DNA of 63,467 bases, the filler included, from Sphacelaria rigidula (taxonomy: Eukaryota): the NCBI GenBank assembly GCA_964200075.2. It is 8 parts of 8 records of this genome, joined end to end, with 100 filler letters (N's around TTAATTAATTAA, not from the genome) between each part and the next. Parts side by side here need not be neighbours in the genome. Positions count along the whole stretch, not along the records: positions 1 to 7,848 come from CAXNAA020013255.1; positions 7,949 to 15,794 come from CAXNAA020013256.1; 6 more parts are not named here. One strand, 5' to 3'. Under the pieces are notes generated by a model. That model worked only from the letters and a program-made list of their open reading frames with translations. It was not told where the DNA came from and searched no databases. Position 1 is the stretch's first letter. Every line of letters begins with the position of its first letter. Shown piece by piece: positions 1 through 12,300 of this stretch. A program made the position numbers and the translations under genes.

Positions 1-759
1 GTGGGGAGGGGGGGGGGGGTGTAATCATGAAATTGCATGCCATAGCCATAGGACGTTGGGTCTCGCATACCCACATATTAACTTGGGGGAAGGGGGATGG
101 GGGAGGGCGGGGAGGCGGGTATTGCTTCTACATCAAAGCTCATCGTGGGAGTGATTTGGGGATGACATGAAAAGGCGTGATAACTAATGTGCGGAAATAA
201 TAATAAATAAATAATCAAAAGCTGATGTCCAGGTGAGTCGTCCCCCGCAGGCCATGCATATCGTTTCCGGTTCAATTACCCTTGGCGAAGCATGTTCACG
301 ACGGGATAGATTCCAGAACGCCAGTAGCTTGCAGAATTAGGACGGCACCCACATCATGGCAAAGAACGACAGTGTCACAGGCTACTCGACCCGAGTCCAA
401 CCATACTGCCAAGACGCGGGATACTGGAGATGAAGACAACCAAAAGGATCGCCGGATTTGGGGTATGGCCAAGGTTGGCCAAGGTTGGCCATTGTGTGTG
501 TGTGTGCGCGCGTGTGTGTGTTTGCACAAACTTGAACGGTGGGTGTGCATCTCTGTCCATTTTCAGAACCGCGGACCAGCCCGGTCCTATCGTTTCTTAG
601 CGTGTCTTCTTCGTTTCATTTCCGACCCGGTTATGTTCGGATCGGTCCGGTCTCATACCTATGAGAATCCTCCTCTACCCGCTGTCACTCAACACGCAAA
701 GGTGAGCACACTCGATCCGGGATTGTGCATATTATATCATCCGTATCCACAGTCAACCA

Positions 760-1450
760 GTGCTCGTCCAGATGGCACCGTGCCCAGATGCCAGTGGTAA
801 ACAGCATAGGCCCGCAAAAGCGGAACCTGATGCCTATACTCGTGCTTTCCTGGGCGTTTTTTCGAAGATTCAGGTGACTTGTGATCGTGAATATAAGACA
901 CACTGACCATTAATCCACACACCGAAAGCACCTTATAATCACAAACAGAATCGTGGATTCTCCTAGTTGTGCACTAAAGTCCATGTACACGACTGGATAC
1001 CTGTACCTGTCTGTACTCCTGGTGGCAAAAAAACATGCACTGCACACTGCACTGCTGTCTACGGCAACGGTATATAGCTGTTGAGTGCCACGGTTGTTCA
1101 CAATACTAAAAACAGTCGATGCACACAGCTCGCAGCTCTCACGGCATACAATGTGGTTGATGAGGCGCCACGGACTTGGTGCATTGATTTGAGTCCACCC
1201 GTGTGTTCCGTGATGGTTCATGAGGTTGATCCAGGTTAATATGGCACCTTGAAAAAAGCAGTCAATCATGTTGTGTGAGTCAAGGGGCCCTTCATCGGGA
1301 AATGGCTCAGCGCAAGGCATATACGGTCTGTATTGTACATGCACTTGAGTTGTGGCTAAAAACCGGTCAGGGTCAGGGTTTCTCCAGCACTGATTTCTGT
1401 ACAGCTACGACCATCCACATGTTCATGTAAACAGGCGTGTCATATTAAAA
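760..1450 (-). pseudogene. Decayed pogo/Tigger-like (Tc1/mariner, DDE_1) transposase
   Basis: Manual minus-strand translation across frameshifts gives FNM/D-TPVYMNM (~1420-1450; cf. pogo NMDETPxxFDM), FFQG (cf. IFxG), VFLPPGV..IQSC (~990-1040; cf. FLPPNxTxxLQPxD) and a C-terminal WARCHL. Confidence 0.5.
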
Positions 1451-1728
1451 AAGAACAGCTAATAGTCTGAACCCAAGAGTTGCTGTAGGTGTTCTGGAGA
1501 CGACACAAAAGCTCGCGGGAAAAAAAACTTCCGGAATGAGAATTGTGATTGGTCGCTGCGATGTCCCCCCCCCCCCCCCCCCCCCACCACCAACCGCACC
1601 ANNNNNNNNNNAAAAGAGTATCGTTGGATTTTATGCTTCGTGCCCGTGCGTTCGCCCCCCCCCCCCCCCCCCGAAAAATGGGGTAGAGCGGAGAGCGGTA
1701 ACGCCCTAGTCCACAAGATACACTAGTT

Positions 1729-2014
1729 GGACCCGTACGGGTCCCAGAACGCCTGGGACCCAAAGCGTTACTTAGTTTTGGTCTTTCGTGGCACCGCTCA
1801 TCATCCCGCCAACGTAACCCAACCCAACCTTAGCCTTAACCCCGAAACTAACGAGATGGGGATAGGGCAACTTCGGGCGCAGGGTAGTCCACACTGGAGA
1901 CAGTCACAACGCCACCAAGGAAAGTGTGTCTGCGGGCAACGTGCATCAAGCGTCAATACGCGGCGCCATAAAAAATAGTTCGGGTCCTAGACGTTTTGGG
2001 ATCCGTACGGGTCC
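1729..2014. mobile_element. MITE with ~36-bp imperfect terminal inverted repeats
   Basis: Left GGACCCGTACGGGTCCCAGAACGCCTGGGACCCAAA versus reverse complement of right end GGACCCGTACGGATCCCAAAACGTCTAGGACCCGAA. The interior contains AACCC/CCTTAACCC runs. Confidence 0.75.
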
Positions 2015-2199
2015 GCAGTACCCAAATATATCACTTTTGCCACTAAAGCCGGGCCATTTTTTTCCTAGCCAGCTTCTTTTTCAAAGTGAGGGATCGTTTC
2101 CGAGAATAATCAAAACACAAGTTGAGCTGTAAGTAGACCACTTTTTAAGGGAAGCATATTCAACATAGTGCGTGTTGTTGGACGAAATGCTACATGTTT

Positions 2200-2860
2200 T
2201 GACCCTTCGACTTGACATCGTTTTTTTGCGTGAAAAGACGGGGAGGCGGATAATAGTACCACCTCGTAATGCCTTGCTGTGTCATCTGATAGAAATTCGG
2301 TACGATGCGGGCTATTTTTAGTTCGGACAAGTGCGTAAGTTCAAACTGGTTACTTTTTGAGCCTCTTTGGTGCCCATTCGCCAGAAGGCGGCGGCATTTT
2401 TGTGAACACTTCCCGTCGGGGGTTCGGAATCATTATTGCTGTTTTAGTCGCAGAGCTTCGTGCAAACGAGACGGTCTGGGTCCGCAATGCTATCGCCGCA
2501 CACACATACATAGCCCATGCCCCCTCCTGGCAGTGTACCACTAGTAGCTGCTCCGCAATCGCGTATGTATCTCCGCTTTTTGTGAGCGTCAACGGCAATG
2601 CCAACGGGATACGAAGGAGTAGCGGGGCGCAGTCGTCCTGTTCGCCAGGGGCGTTCCGCGAAGATATTCAAGAGTGTGCTTGAATGCAATGAAACTCGAA
2701 TTCGGATGCTTAAGCCTGTTGACCACTTGACGGCGAGTGTTGCCCCGAAAATGTTTTACCGGCTGACAGTCCAGGGACACATTGAGGATCGAACGCACGT
2801 TCTCTCCACCCTAACGGCGACAGTCGGACTATTTCTCCACCGGATCGCGGCTGCTCTTTG
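2200..2860 (-). pseudogene. Possible decayed hAT transposase fragment
   Basis: Frameshifted minus-strand pieces KSGDTYAIAEQLLVV and QGITRWY resemble the hAT 'xxAxxIAxxL' and 'TRW' regions in the expected order. Weak. Confidence 0.3.
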
Positions 2861-5800
2861 ATTTTCGGCAAGTGTAGCAGTCAATATACAATGTATGTTG
2901 GAGTCTTTGGGGGTGTCGATACAGCATGATATGGCATGATATAGCACACAACACTCGAAACTGTATCTGCCGGGGGCTGTAAGGGTTCCAACTCTTCGAC
3001 AACCAGAGTGGGTAATCTCGGTCTGGATAATTTTTCAGGATGAAACAATGCCGACTTTTGATGACGAAAATAACCCCCCCCGGCAGCGAAGTATTGCTCA
3101 TATTTCTGAAATCAGGAGTCAAGAGGTCGCAAACGGTCGCACTGGGAAACATTCATGATACTCGTACCAGAAACGAGCCTGGCTCCGTGTTTTTGTCCAC
3201 ATTGTATTCCTCTCTCCAATTTTTCATGATATTTTCTGTATTTTGCATTTTTTTGCTGCTCCTGACCACGGGCTAGATTCTTGCAATCAGCTAATGTGAG
3301 ATAATCAACCAATCAATCAATCTGATACATGAACTCGAAGTCTGGGATATGTTTGAGATTATCATCGTTTGTGTGTGATTCGATTTGAATGGGTGTGATA
3401 AAAAAAAAGACTATACTCTAAGTTTACCGACACCAAGGACGGGTCGAGCAATCAATGCTCTGTTCGAGCTATGTTCGATCTGGGACTGAGATCTGGCCCT
3501 CGTTGGTACTTATCTGTGGGGGTATCCGTTGGGGAACACTCGCCACTCTAGGAACGTTCTTGAAGTTCTTTCCTCAATTTTGACATCACAATTGCGGAAC
3601 GGGAACTCGTGACACCTGCAATCAGGCCCGTGGAAAGCGATGTGGTGGAATTCTCAACTGAGGCTGTGTCGTGAACCATATTTTATGGCAATGAATCTCG
3701 ATTTTTTCGAGATCTCGTGTGAATCCTACTTATGAGAACCCAACAAACCTTATACTTCTGTCCAATAACCCCTCACTGGGTATAGCACCGAGGAAAGTTC
3801 CTCGAATGTCCGCTCGATCTTTGGAAGATTGTCTCCTTGTCTCGAAATGACAGGACAATGTCAGACCGTAGAACGTTGTGTAAACTAAACCCAAGGTGGT
3901 CTACGCGTTGGACTGAACTCCAGGCCAATGTCTCTTGATACATGCTCCCTTGGTCCATAGTCTTCTTGTCTGAGATGCGCTGTATGAATAGATCGCATGT
4001 CATCCCCGCCTCATCTCACTTCTTTTCTCTTCACCCCCACTCTGTCTGTCCTGCTCACTCGAGCTCTGTCCTGTCCCTCAACGCTAACGACACAGCTTGA
4101 CTGGAAAGAGCGCTTTGCGTTTCGCAGAGAGAGTAAGGATTTTAGTCCCTTCGTCTGGCTTCTGTCGTATACGTCTCTTACCCGATTTTGAAGAAATTGG
4201 GGGGACTCAAATTCGAGAACTCAAAATCAGGGGGGACTGCTTTCTGGTGCCGTCAGTATCACAGATTTGTGAAACAGTTCTGTACAGTCATTTTCTGCAT
4301 GAGAGTGGTATCGCGTACTCGTTCATGAAGCCGAAGAGTAGGGAGGCAGTGAATAATCCTTCGAGTACAAACAGTGTCGTACCTTGGTGTCCTATGGTAA
4401 TGCAGGGCACTCCATAATTTTAGTACATGATAATGCCGTATGGTAGTACATGATGACACAGTCGTTATTGCGAGAAACAGCGAACAAACAGTGCGCGAGC
4501 AGAATTCAGTAGTGCAGTGACCTACATCACCCTGCAAGTGCAGAAAGCCCGAGTGAAGCTGCTTCAGCAGCTGGCGCGGGCAGGCATGCCCTACTGTGTC
4601 ACGAGACTGTCTTTGGCTGCCGTTGCAAAAATATCAAACGCTCAATACTCCATCACTGTATGTCAAGGCACGTACGTCACCTCGAAAAATCGGGGGGAGT
4701 CACGATCTCGGAACTATTTTCCAGGATTTCTTCGAAAAATCGAAAAATCGGGGGAAATCGTCCTGAATTGTGACACCCCGAAACGCATTCCCCGATATTT
4801 TTCCCCCGATGCTCGACAAAATCGAGATCAGTGATTGCCACAAAAGATGGTCTCATCCACGCTGGACGCCAGTCTACACCTTTCGGTACATGTGGGCGCA
4901 TCAGCTGGGGTCACACGAGAGGAAGGCTAACAGAAGGATTCCGACTTTATTTTGAATTTTTCATCGTGTTTTAGCACCCCCCTTCTTTTTGCAGTAGTGC
5001 TTGCCTTCTTTCCTTGTCGCGAGAAGGATGTAGCGCCCTTTCCCTCGTCGACCGTGACGTCGACTTTTGTCTACCGACGACTTAGTCGCTCTCCACTGTT
5101 GTGCCTCATGTGAGAAAATTTCAAAAATTCCAGATGGTGTGACTTCACCGAGATTCGGACCCAGCCGTCAGAACTTTTCGAGGTTACCAACTGAATCATC
5201 GGTGCGACAGGCTGGTGAGAATACAGGAATATGATGGGTCGGGAACTTGAAGCTGGGAAACGATACTCAGGGTAGGAATGTGGCGGTGATCCAGGGGTGG
5301 AATACAGCGGACAGGGTCGATTGATGAGTGGAAAACTCATATCAAGGACAACTTCAGGGATTTCTTGCAAAATAATCTTGATCTTTCTTATCCGTTAACG
5401 CGGGGTTTTGCCGGAGACGATCAGTCGTTGTAAAAAAAAACGCTGTAGAAAAAACGAAAAAAAACGCCAGTGATTGGTCGTCATCATCAAATATGCAAGT
5501 ACCTTCCAGAAAAGAGAGCGGTTCACTGAGTTGTACGCCTTTCGGAGGTCGATGAAGCACATCTACAGGGGAAGAATCTCCACTCTTGTTAGTTTTTCAG
5601 GTGCGGCCGATACCACCCACCCAAAAGTGCCTCGGCATCGTTCTTGAAAAAATGGTAAGATTCCCTAGACATCCGAGGTTTGTGCTGGCGGATGACGGAT
5701 TCTAGGAGTAGAGGTTTGTGGATTGGCGAATGACAGCTCAGCGGAGTGGTAGAGGTCATTCATGACGGGTGAGTCCGCACGACCCCCACGCCCTCAGGTG

Positions 5801-6249
5801 CTTCTTGTAGACTGAAAAAAGTCACTGAAAAAGTTTCGGGCAGATGACTTTCCTCGGTAACTTTTCTCCAGTAGAGTTTACCACTCGGTAGTTGACAGAT
5901 AGTTCTCGGAAATTTCTGCTTTGTGGACAGGTGCGAATTGGATTTTAGTGTGAATACCGAAATCCGCATCTTTGGAGGGGGCCATGTTCCTGGCGTGCTC
6001 CTAGCGTGCGCAGAACGCGTTTTTGTTTAAATCGGCGCCTGGGACGCCGATTTGAGGTCTGGCAACGCACACTTCGCCTATGAAACGTGTTGCACAATCC
6101 TTGACCGAGGGTTCTCGGTGTGCCTTCATTGGGGTCGGGGTCGGGGTCGGGGTTAGGGTTAGCGCTGTTCGAAATGCATCAGCACCTACACAAACCATAA
6201 ATTTCCGAGAAAAATCTGTCAACTACCGAGTGGTGAACCCACCTCCTTT

Positions 6250-7760
6250 TTTCAGAGACATTTTTTCAGAAAAGTCAGTTTCAAAAGTCTCACCTTGTCG
6301 TACGAAAAAAATCCGGGGGGTTGTACACCCAAGGCCATCATCTAGCCTGCGTGCAGATGGTTGTAGTGGTCATCATTTGCATTTTCTGCTTGCGCCAGCT
6401 GCGGTAAACCTTGGGTAAACTACATGTAATCTCGCCTACGTACAGGATATGTGGGATGGCAACACAACACACCCGACACACACACAGGCACGCACGCACA
6501 CACAAACAGTAGCTAATAGTAAAATGGGGATGAAAATGACAGGCGCATCACCCCTTACTTGAGCCGATCACCGCTTGGTACAGCAGTAGTGTCGCAAGCG
6601 GTGTAGTGTGCAGCAGTACTGTTTATGCCATACGGCAAACGACAAACTGACGTGACGTCAGTAGTGCGGTAGCAACCGTCTCAGTACACGGAATACTACA
6701 GAGTCCACAATCGGTGGCGGGCACGACGAACATGAAACGATACGAGCAGTCAACACAGTCAGCAGAGGCGACACCGTGCTGTTTTATTATGGTAGTAACG
6801 CTGCCGGTGAAAAAGCACCGTACTGTACTGTCTGTCCCTGGTCCTACGGTCGTGAAGAGGATACATGGAATGCTGCAGCAGCTATGGCTGAGGTGCGGTG
6901 TGCGAGGAGTAATGGAAGGTCACTTTCTGCTACAGATGTCCATGGTTGACACAATTCTATGAGCATTGCTCCCCCTAACCCTAACCCAACGAATACCAAC
7001 AACCGTCGGGCAAGGGCGGCACATAGCATACCCCACATCTGCGCATTTGGCGCCGCTTTTCACTAAAACGCGATCTGCGATCGTGAGGGGCACACGGTAT
7101 TGTCAGCCCTACTAAAGATCCGATTCTTGTTGTACAAACTAAAATCAAGAAACATCAACCATGAACATTCGTAGCGCTTGTTAACCCTCTTCAAACGGTT
7201 GATGGAAAATTGACGACGTTTCTTCGGGCAAGAAATGGTTGTTTTTCTACAGCCCTCGAGCAAACGATTCGCCCAAAGCGTATTTTACAGACCCGTGCGA
7301 ATGGAACGTGGAAGAAAAGAAGGTTATCTATTTTAGGGATATGACAAATTATTGTGTGAGACGCGCGCGCAGCAAACGCTTACAAAACGGTCAGCAATGA
7401 CACGTTATCGGTTGTTTTTGACACGCACGCGGCCGCCATTCGGCCAGTACAGAACGGATTTCCGTCAAACAAAGACTGCCGTGTGTAGATTAGCGAGGGC
7501 TAGCAGTGAAACTATTGCGCGTGAGTGGTGGGTCTCTGTCCGTGTCTTGTTGGGGCTGGGTGTATAGGTGTTGTGTTGCCTTGTTGTGTGATGTCTGCAG
7601 CTTTACACAGACCTTGGATTGTGTACGAACATTTTTTAAGGTCTGCTGGAGTCGAAAGGCACGACGCGGCACTTGACTCCCATCTTACAGACCACCACGC
7701 CAGATAACATCTGTTCACAGGATTATGCAAACTTCATCCAACTCATTCTCAGCTATCACT
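6250..7760 (+). repeat. Dispersed non-coding repeat family, copy 1 (paralog of 56500-57870, inverted)
   Basis: Long matches to the reverse complement of contig 8, e.g. GGTAGCAACCGTCTCAGTACAC, AATCGGTGGCGGGCACGACGA, TCTTACAGACCACCACGCCAGATAACA. Blocks ~6250-6860 and ~7650-7760 match; the middle differs. Confidence 0.85.
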
Positions 7761-7848
7761 GCAACCCTGCAGAATAGAGCGAGCGTCGGACAAATAATGA
7801 TTTGTCTGGAAATTACTTGGTTTCAGTATGATGAGTCGACTCGTGACG

Positions 7849-7948
7849 NNNNNNNNNNNNNNNNNNNNNNNNNNNNNNNNNNNNNNNNNNNNTTAATTAA
7901 TTAANNNNNNNNNNNNNNNNNNNNNNNNNNNNNNNNNNNNNNNNNNNN
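7849..7948. other. Artificial contig-joining spacer N44-TTAATTAATTAA-N44 (also at 15795-15894, 23741-23840, 31687-31786, 39633-39732, 47578-47677, 55523-55622)
   Basis: Seen directly: seven identical 100-nt spacers. The 12-mer places stop codons in all six frames, and the intervening segments are 7845-7848 bp in non-increasing order. Confidence 0.98.
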
Positions 7949-9319
7949 TATCGTGCTCGGTGTCGAGCGTATGTCCCGTCCGGCGGGCGGGCCGGGCGGG
8001 GGGGGGGTGCGACGTACAGACCTTTAGTACAGCACTGGAGGTACAAGGTGCTGGAGGGGCGTTGGAGGAAAACTAGCTGAACGAGAAACAGGACTTCCTT
8101 TCTGAACATCGCCGTCGTCATACGCATCCCTACGGTTGACGCATTTTGGATATACACATGTCATAGAGAACCCAAACCCCAACGCTGTGCCTTAAGCACT
8201 GGGCCCACAGATAGAGGCACGATTCATGAGTTGCAAAGTTTCTCGACCAATCAGTCTTTGAATGCACCACAATGCGGCGACCCTTCTTCAACCAGATGAG
8301 AGATATGAAAAGCATGTAAGTAAAAAAGCAGCTTTGATTGGTCCACACATTGCGCCGCTGCGACACAGACAGCTGCTACCGGCAATAAACGAGGATACAG
8401 CAGCTCCGTGCTGGCTCAGTTTGTTTATCCCAACCTGCACGCACCCGCCTGCCGTGTTTCCCCCGATCATAGCGCCCGACTATAATTGGAGTACCAGAGG
8501 AGACTCAACAGACAGCTGTACAGCCGTCATGTGACGATTGTTTCAGCCTTTCTTTGTTCCGACAGTACCTTGATCCCACCCCAATTCTGTGCAGCCCGAA
8601 ACATGGCATGCAGCAGTACGCACTCTCCAGTGCACATCGCACCATGATCGTCGTCGAGTGTTTGGATGCCCAACAGCACAGTGAGAACTACAGTATAGAA
8701 ATGATGGGTTTGGGGAGCGCCTTATTCCTTTGACTCGAGACGAAACAGCCAACACACCATGAACGTTTCAACAGTGTGTAGAGAGCACTGCGTGCCGACA
8801 ACATTGTTTTTCATAGAGACGAACGGAATTACGGTATAAAGCAACTCAGGCACTCCCAGCGGAGATCAAACCGTCTCCACAAAGGCCTGAAGACGCCACA
8901 GCGCAGCGACACCTACAACACACAAGACAGGGCATGAGTGTGTTTGTGCTGCAGCACAGTGGTACAGGACATGTCCCATTCGATAGTTATTTCCCTGATA
9001 TCAGGTGGGTCCTCGATTTTTGCCCAGTGGCGATTTTCAAACGCTTGGCCATAATCGCGCTTCGCGCGAAAATGTTTTAATTCACTTTGAGTTACCCCTA
9101 TCTGTGGGAGGTGAGCCGTGCCTTGGCAAATCATTTCACGATCAAGAAAAAAGCGTGGCAGAAGAGAAAATTTCATATCCGATTGATCGGGATAGGTCGT
9201 CCTTTACGTCCACTTGACTTGTGTCCAGAGAGAATGTTGTACAGGCTGGCCCATCGAGCGAGCCAAGACAAGCAAGTTCCAAGAGATCAGACCTGCCGTC
9301 CTCATATTATTGCCTGCAC

Positions 9320-12300
9320 CTGCATTTCCTCCCCGGGGTTGGGTGAAGCCTCAAACTCCCGAGTTTCCAGTACAGCCACCTGGTACACCGGTCCCTGAGG
9401 CGCGCCCGCCATGGCCGTTTCTTCCTCCGACAGCTTCAATGGTTACATGGTTGTCAGACAACAGCAACAGTAACGCCGATGACAGAGTAGACGACAATCG
9501 AGTCAGTGACATGGAAAAGAGGAGCAGAATTAAAAAAAAAAAAGACAGGAAAAAAACAGGGATGACATCATGAGCACTTTTAACGCAACAAAAACCCCAC
9601 TACTGGAACATGACAGAAAAAGCAATAACAGCGGCATGACCCGTTGAACACATGCCATGAGGAGAGATGAGCCAAAGGTAGACGTACTAGAAATAAGAAC
9701 AAAAAAAAACAAATCAAAGAGCTTGTTTTTCCTTCCAAAAAACAACAGAAAAAGCAAAATTGTTGGGCTGGGTAGGCGTAGATGACACAACAAAAACACC
9801 TGCCGAAAAACGATGAAACAAGAAAGTAAAAAAAAGGATTTTCAGCACCAGTGACGAGAACAAAAACAAGAACAAGAAGAAAATTAAAAAAAAAAAACAT
9901 CCCTCTTCTTGTGCAAAATCGAACAGGAGGAAGCAAGGAAAAAGCCGCGGAGTGATTTTGCGAATCGGGACACACCATGGCAGCGGGAGGGGGATCAATT
10001 CCACCCCCTTGCAGAGAGACCCCAAAGCTCCTTCCAGCATCTTGCCTCTCGCCCCCCGTCATGCTTCCAGGGGTCGGACGAATGAATTATTCATCCGAAA
10101 ATTACTCGCTTTCGGTGTAATTGATTCGTACCGTACAAAACAACCCTCACGCTTTGTGTTTAGCGTTGCAACCCAGGTATGCGCAGCCCGGGCACCTGGA
10201 ATGGAGCAAAATTGCGTGGAGACCTTTTCAACCAGCGGTCAACTTCCATCTCTTTTTTGAGCACTCTGGCCTGAAAAATCGTGGAATTGGCGATTAGAAC
10301 CGGCGATGATTTGTCCGAACCGTGCATGCTTTCAACCTTCCCTCCCTTTCCTGGGAAAGAATCGGTAGTCAAAGTGGACCAACCAACGAGAATCTTTACC
10401 TCGGTATATATTCGCCAAATACTTTCACTATCGAGGATCTGATCAGCCCTCATTCCCGCACCCGTTCCAAAGAACGGGACTCTCGTCTGTATTTTTCTTC
10501 TGCTACGCACGTCCTCACCCTTATCACCCTCTGGAAAATGACAGTAGATCAAGTTGCAATAAGTGTACGTACTGCGTACAGTATGGGATATATTGTCTAT
10601 TTCGGTAGACACATCAGTCGAACTTGTACGCGGTACAATCTTCGACAGTGTGAAATATTCTGTCCCGTGTGTGGTCTATATACGTGTACACCTGTCGAGG
10701 TTCGGAACTTGCAACCTCTCCCGTCTTCAACCGGCAGTCGGCTTACCTGATAGTGGCGCAGTGATTCACACCACTATGTCATACTCCGTACAACTCATTA
10801 CGATGAATCAGCCTCATTCGTATCATGAAATTAAGCGAAAGATAGTCTCAATCAAGCTTGTGCTGTCTGTCGGTCGTGCACGCTCAGGCGTCATTCAGTC
10901 GCCAAAAAGCCAATAGCAGCGACGCTGGGTTACGTAGTATGATTGCGGGTGAGATCGATTGGTCTGGAAGACGTTGAAACAGCCAGAAAAACAAAGAAAA
11001 AAAAGAAAGAGAACGAGGGAAAGAAAAAGGGAAAGGGAAAAAAGAAACATGGAAGCCAAAAAACACCCACACACGGAAAAATGACATAGTACGCACAGTT
11101 GACGTACGATAACAAACGCCAACCTTGATTTTTGCTGTTTTCCCACTTCCAAATATCAACACGGGGCCCCGCACTGCAAGGAATAGAACCCGGTTGCCCG
11201 AGAACCACACCGCCTTTTTGCACAAGTATCAATAGTCGATGATGGCGATGATAATAATAAGAAGATATTAATGAGAAAACACGAAAACAGGCAACCAAAA
11301 CGTTTCACTTACTTGAACGTAGACAGGACAGAGAAAAATAAAACATTAAACACAAACACAAACACAAACACAAACACGTAACGTACGAAACACAACACAC
11401 ACACAAACAAACGCCTCACCACGAATATGCTAACTGCTCAATCGTTAACCCTTTCGATCGCCAGGGTGGGTAGCCCATCAAGATAGTCTCAGCTTTGACT
11501 CGAATTGGAAAAGGCGTGTTGTTGACTCATCAATGATCGGGATGTACGAGCCACATGACCACACTCCGACGGCCAGACGGTTAGCCTCGGCAGCACAAAA
11601 TACACGCATACAACCCCGACCAAACATAGCCCAACACAATCCAACCCAACACAACACAACTGACCTTGAGCTCTCGACGGTTACGCTTCTGCATAGGACT
11701 AACCCCAGTGCTGCCCTTAGCCTCCACCGACTTTCCATTACGTCTCGACGCTTCGCCCCCTTCTTCCTCCGCCCCCCCGCCCCGCTCACCACCTTCCACC
11801 GAACTTGATCTCGCAACAACACCCGGCCTCAGAGACTCCTCCCGTGGGACCTCGCCCCCATCCCTCGAGTCCATCACTGTCCCTCCCATAGCCGCTGAGG
11901 TCGGGGCGACAACCCCCCCGACATCGCAGTCGGCACTACTGCAACTAATAACGGTGCTCGGCGCGCGATCACTCGACGGAGCACGCTCGGCGGCGGTGGA
12001 CGCGGGGGGATCCGGGAGCAGACCGTGGTTCTCCTCGCCGCTTGACCGGCTGCTGGGGGTCGTCGTCGTCGTCATCGTCGCCGCCGCCATCGTCGTTGTT
12101 GTTTTGACGGCTGAATCTGTGACATCAGCATCGCCATCACCATTCCCATCACCGCTATCGTTGCTGTGTGGCATGATCGTGGGGCTCACTTCCGGCGAAG
12201 CATGGAATACAACGTCCCCGGCCACGCCCATCGTGTTGCTGTTCGTCCTCGAGCTCAAGATACTGTTATTGCGGCTGCTGATGCTGCTACTGCTTCCGCC

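Noticed and set aside
3150..3190. SH2-like motif EPGSFLVRVS on the minus strand
   Set aside because: Followed at once by a stop codon, and the rest of the SH2 pattern is absent.
9500..10060. Phe/Leu-rich apparent membrane-protein ORFs (also 10884-11298 in part)
   Set aside because: They arise from A-rich low-complexity intron sequence.
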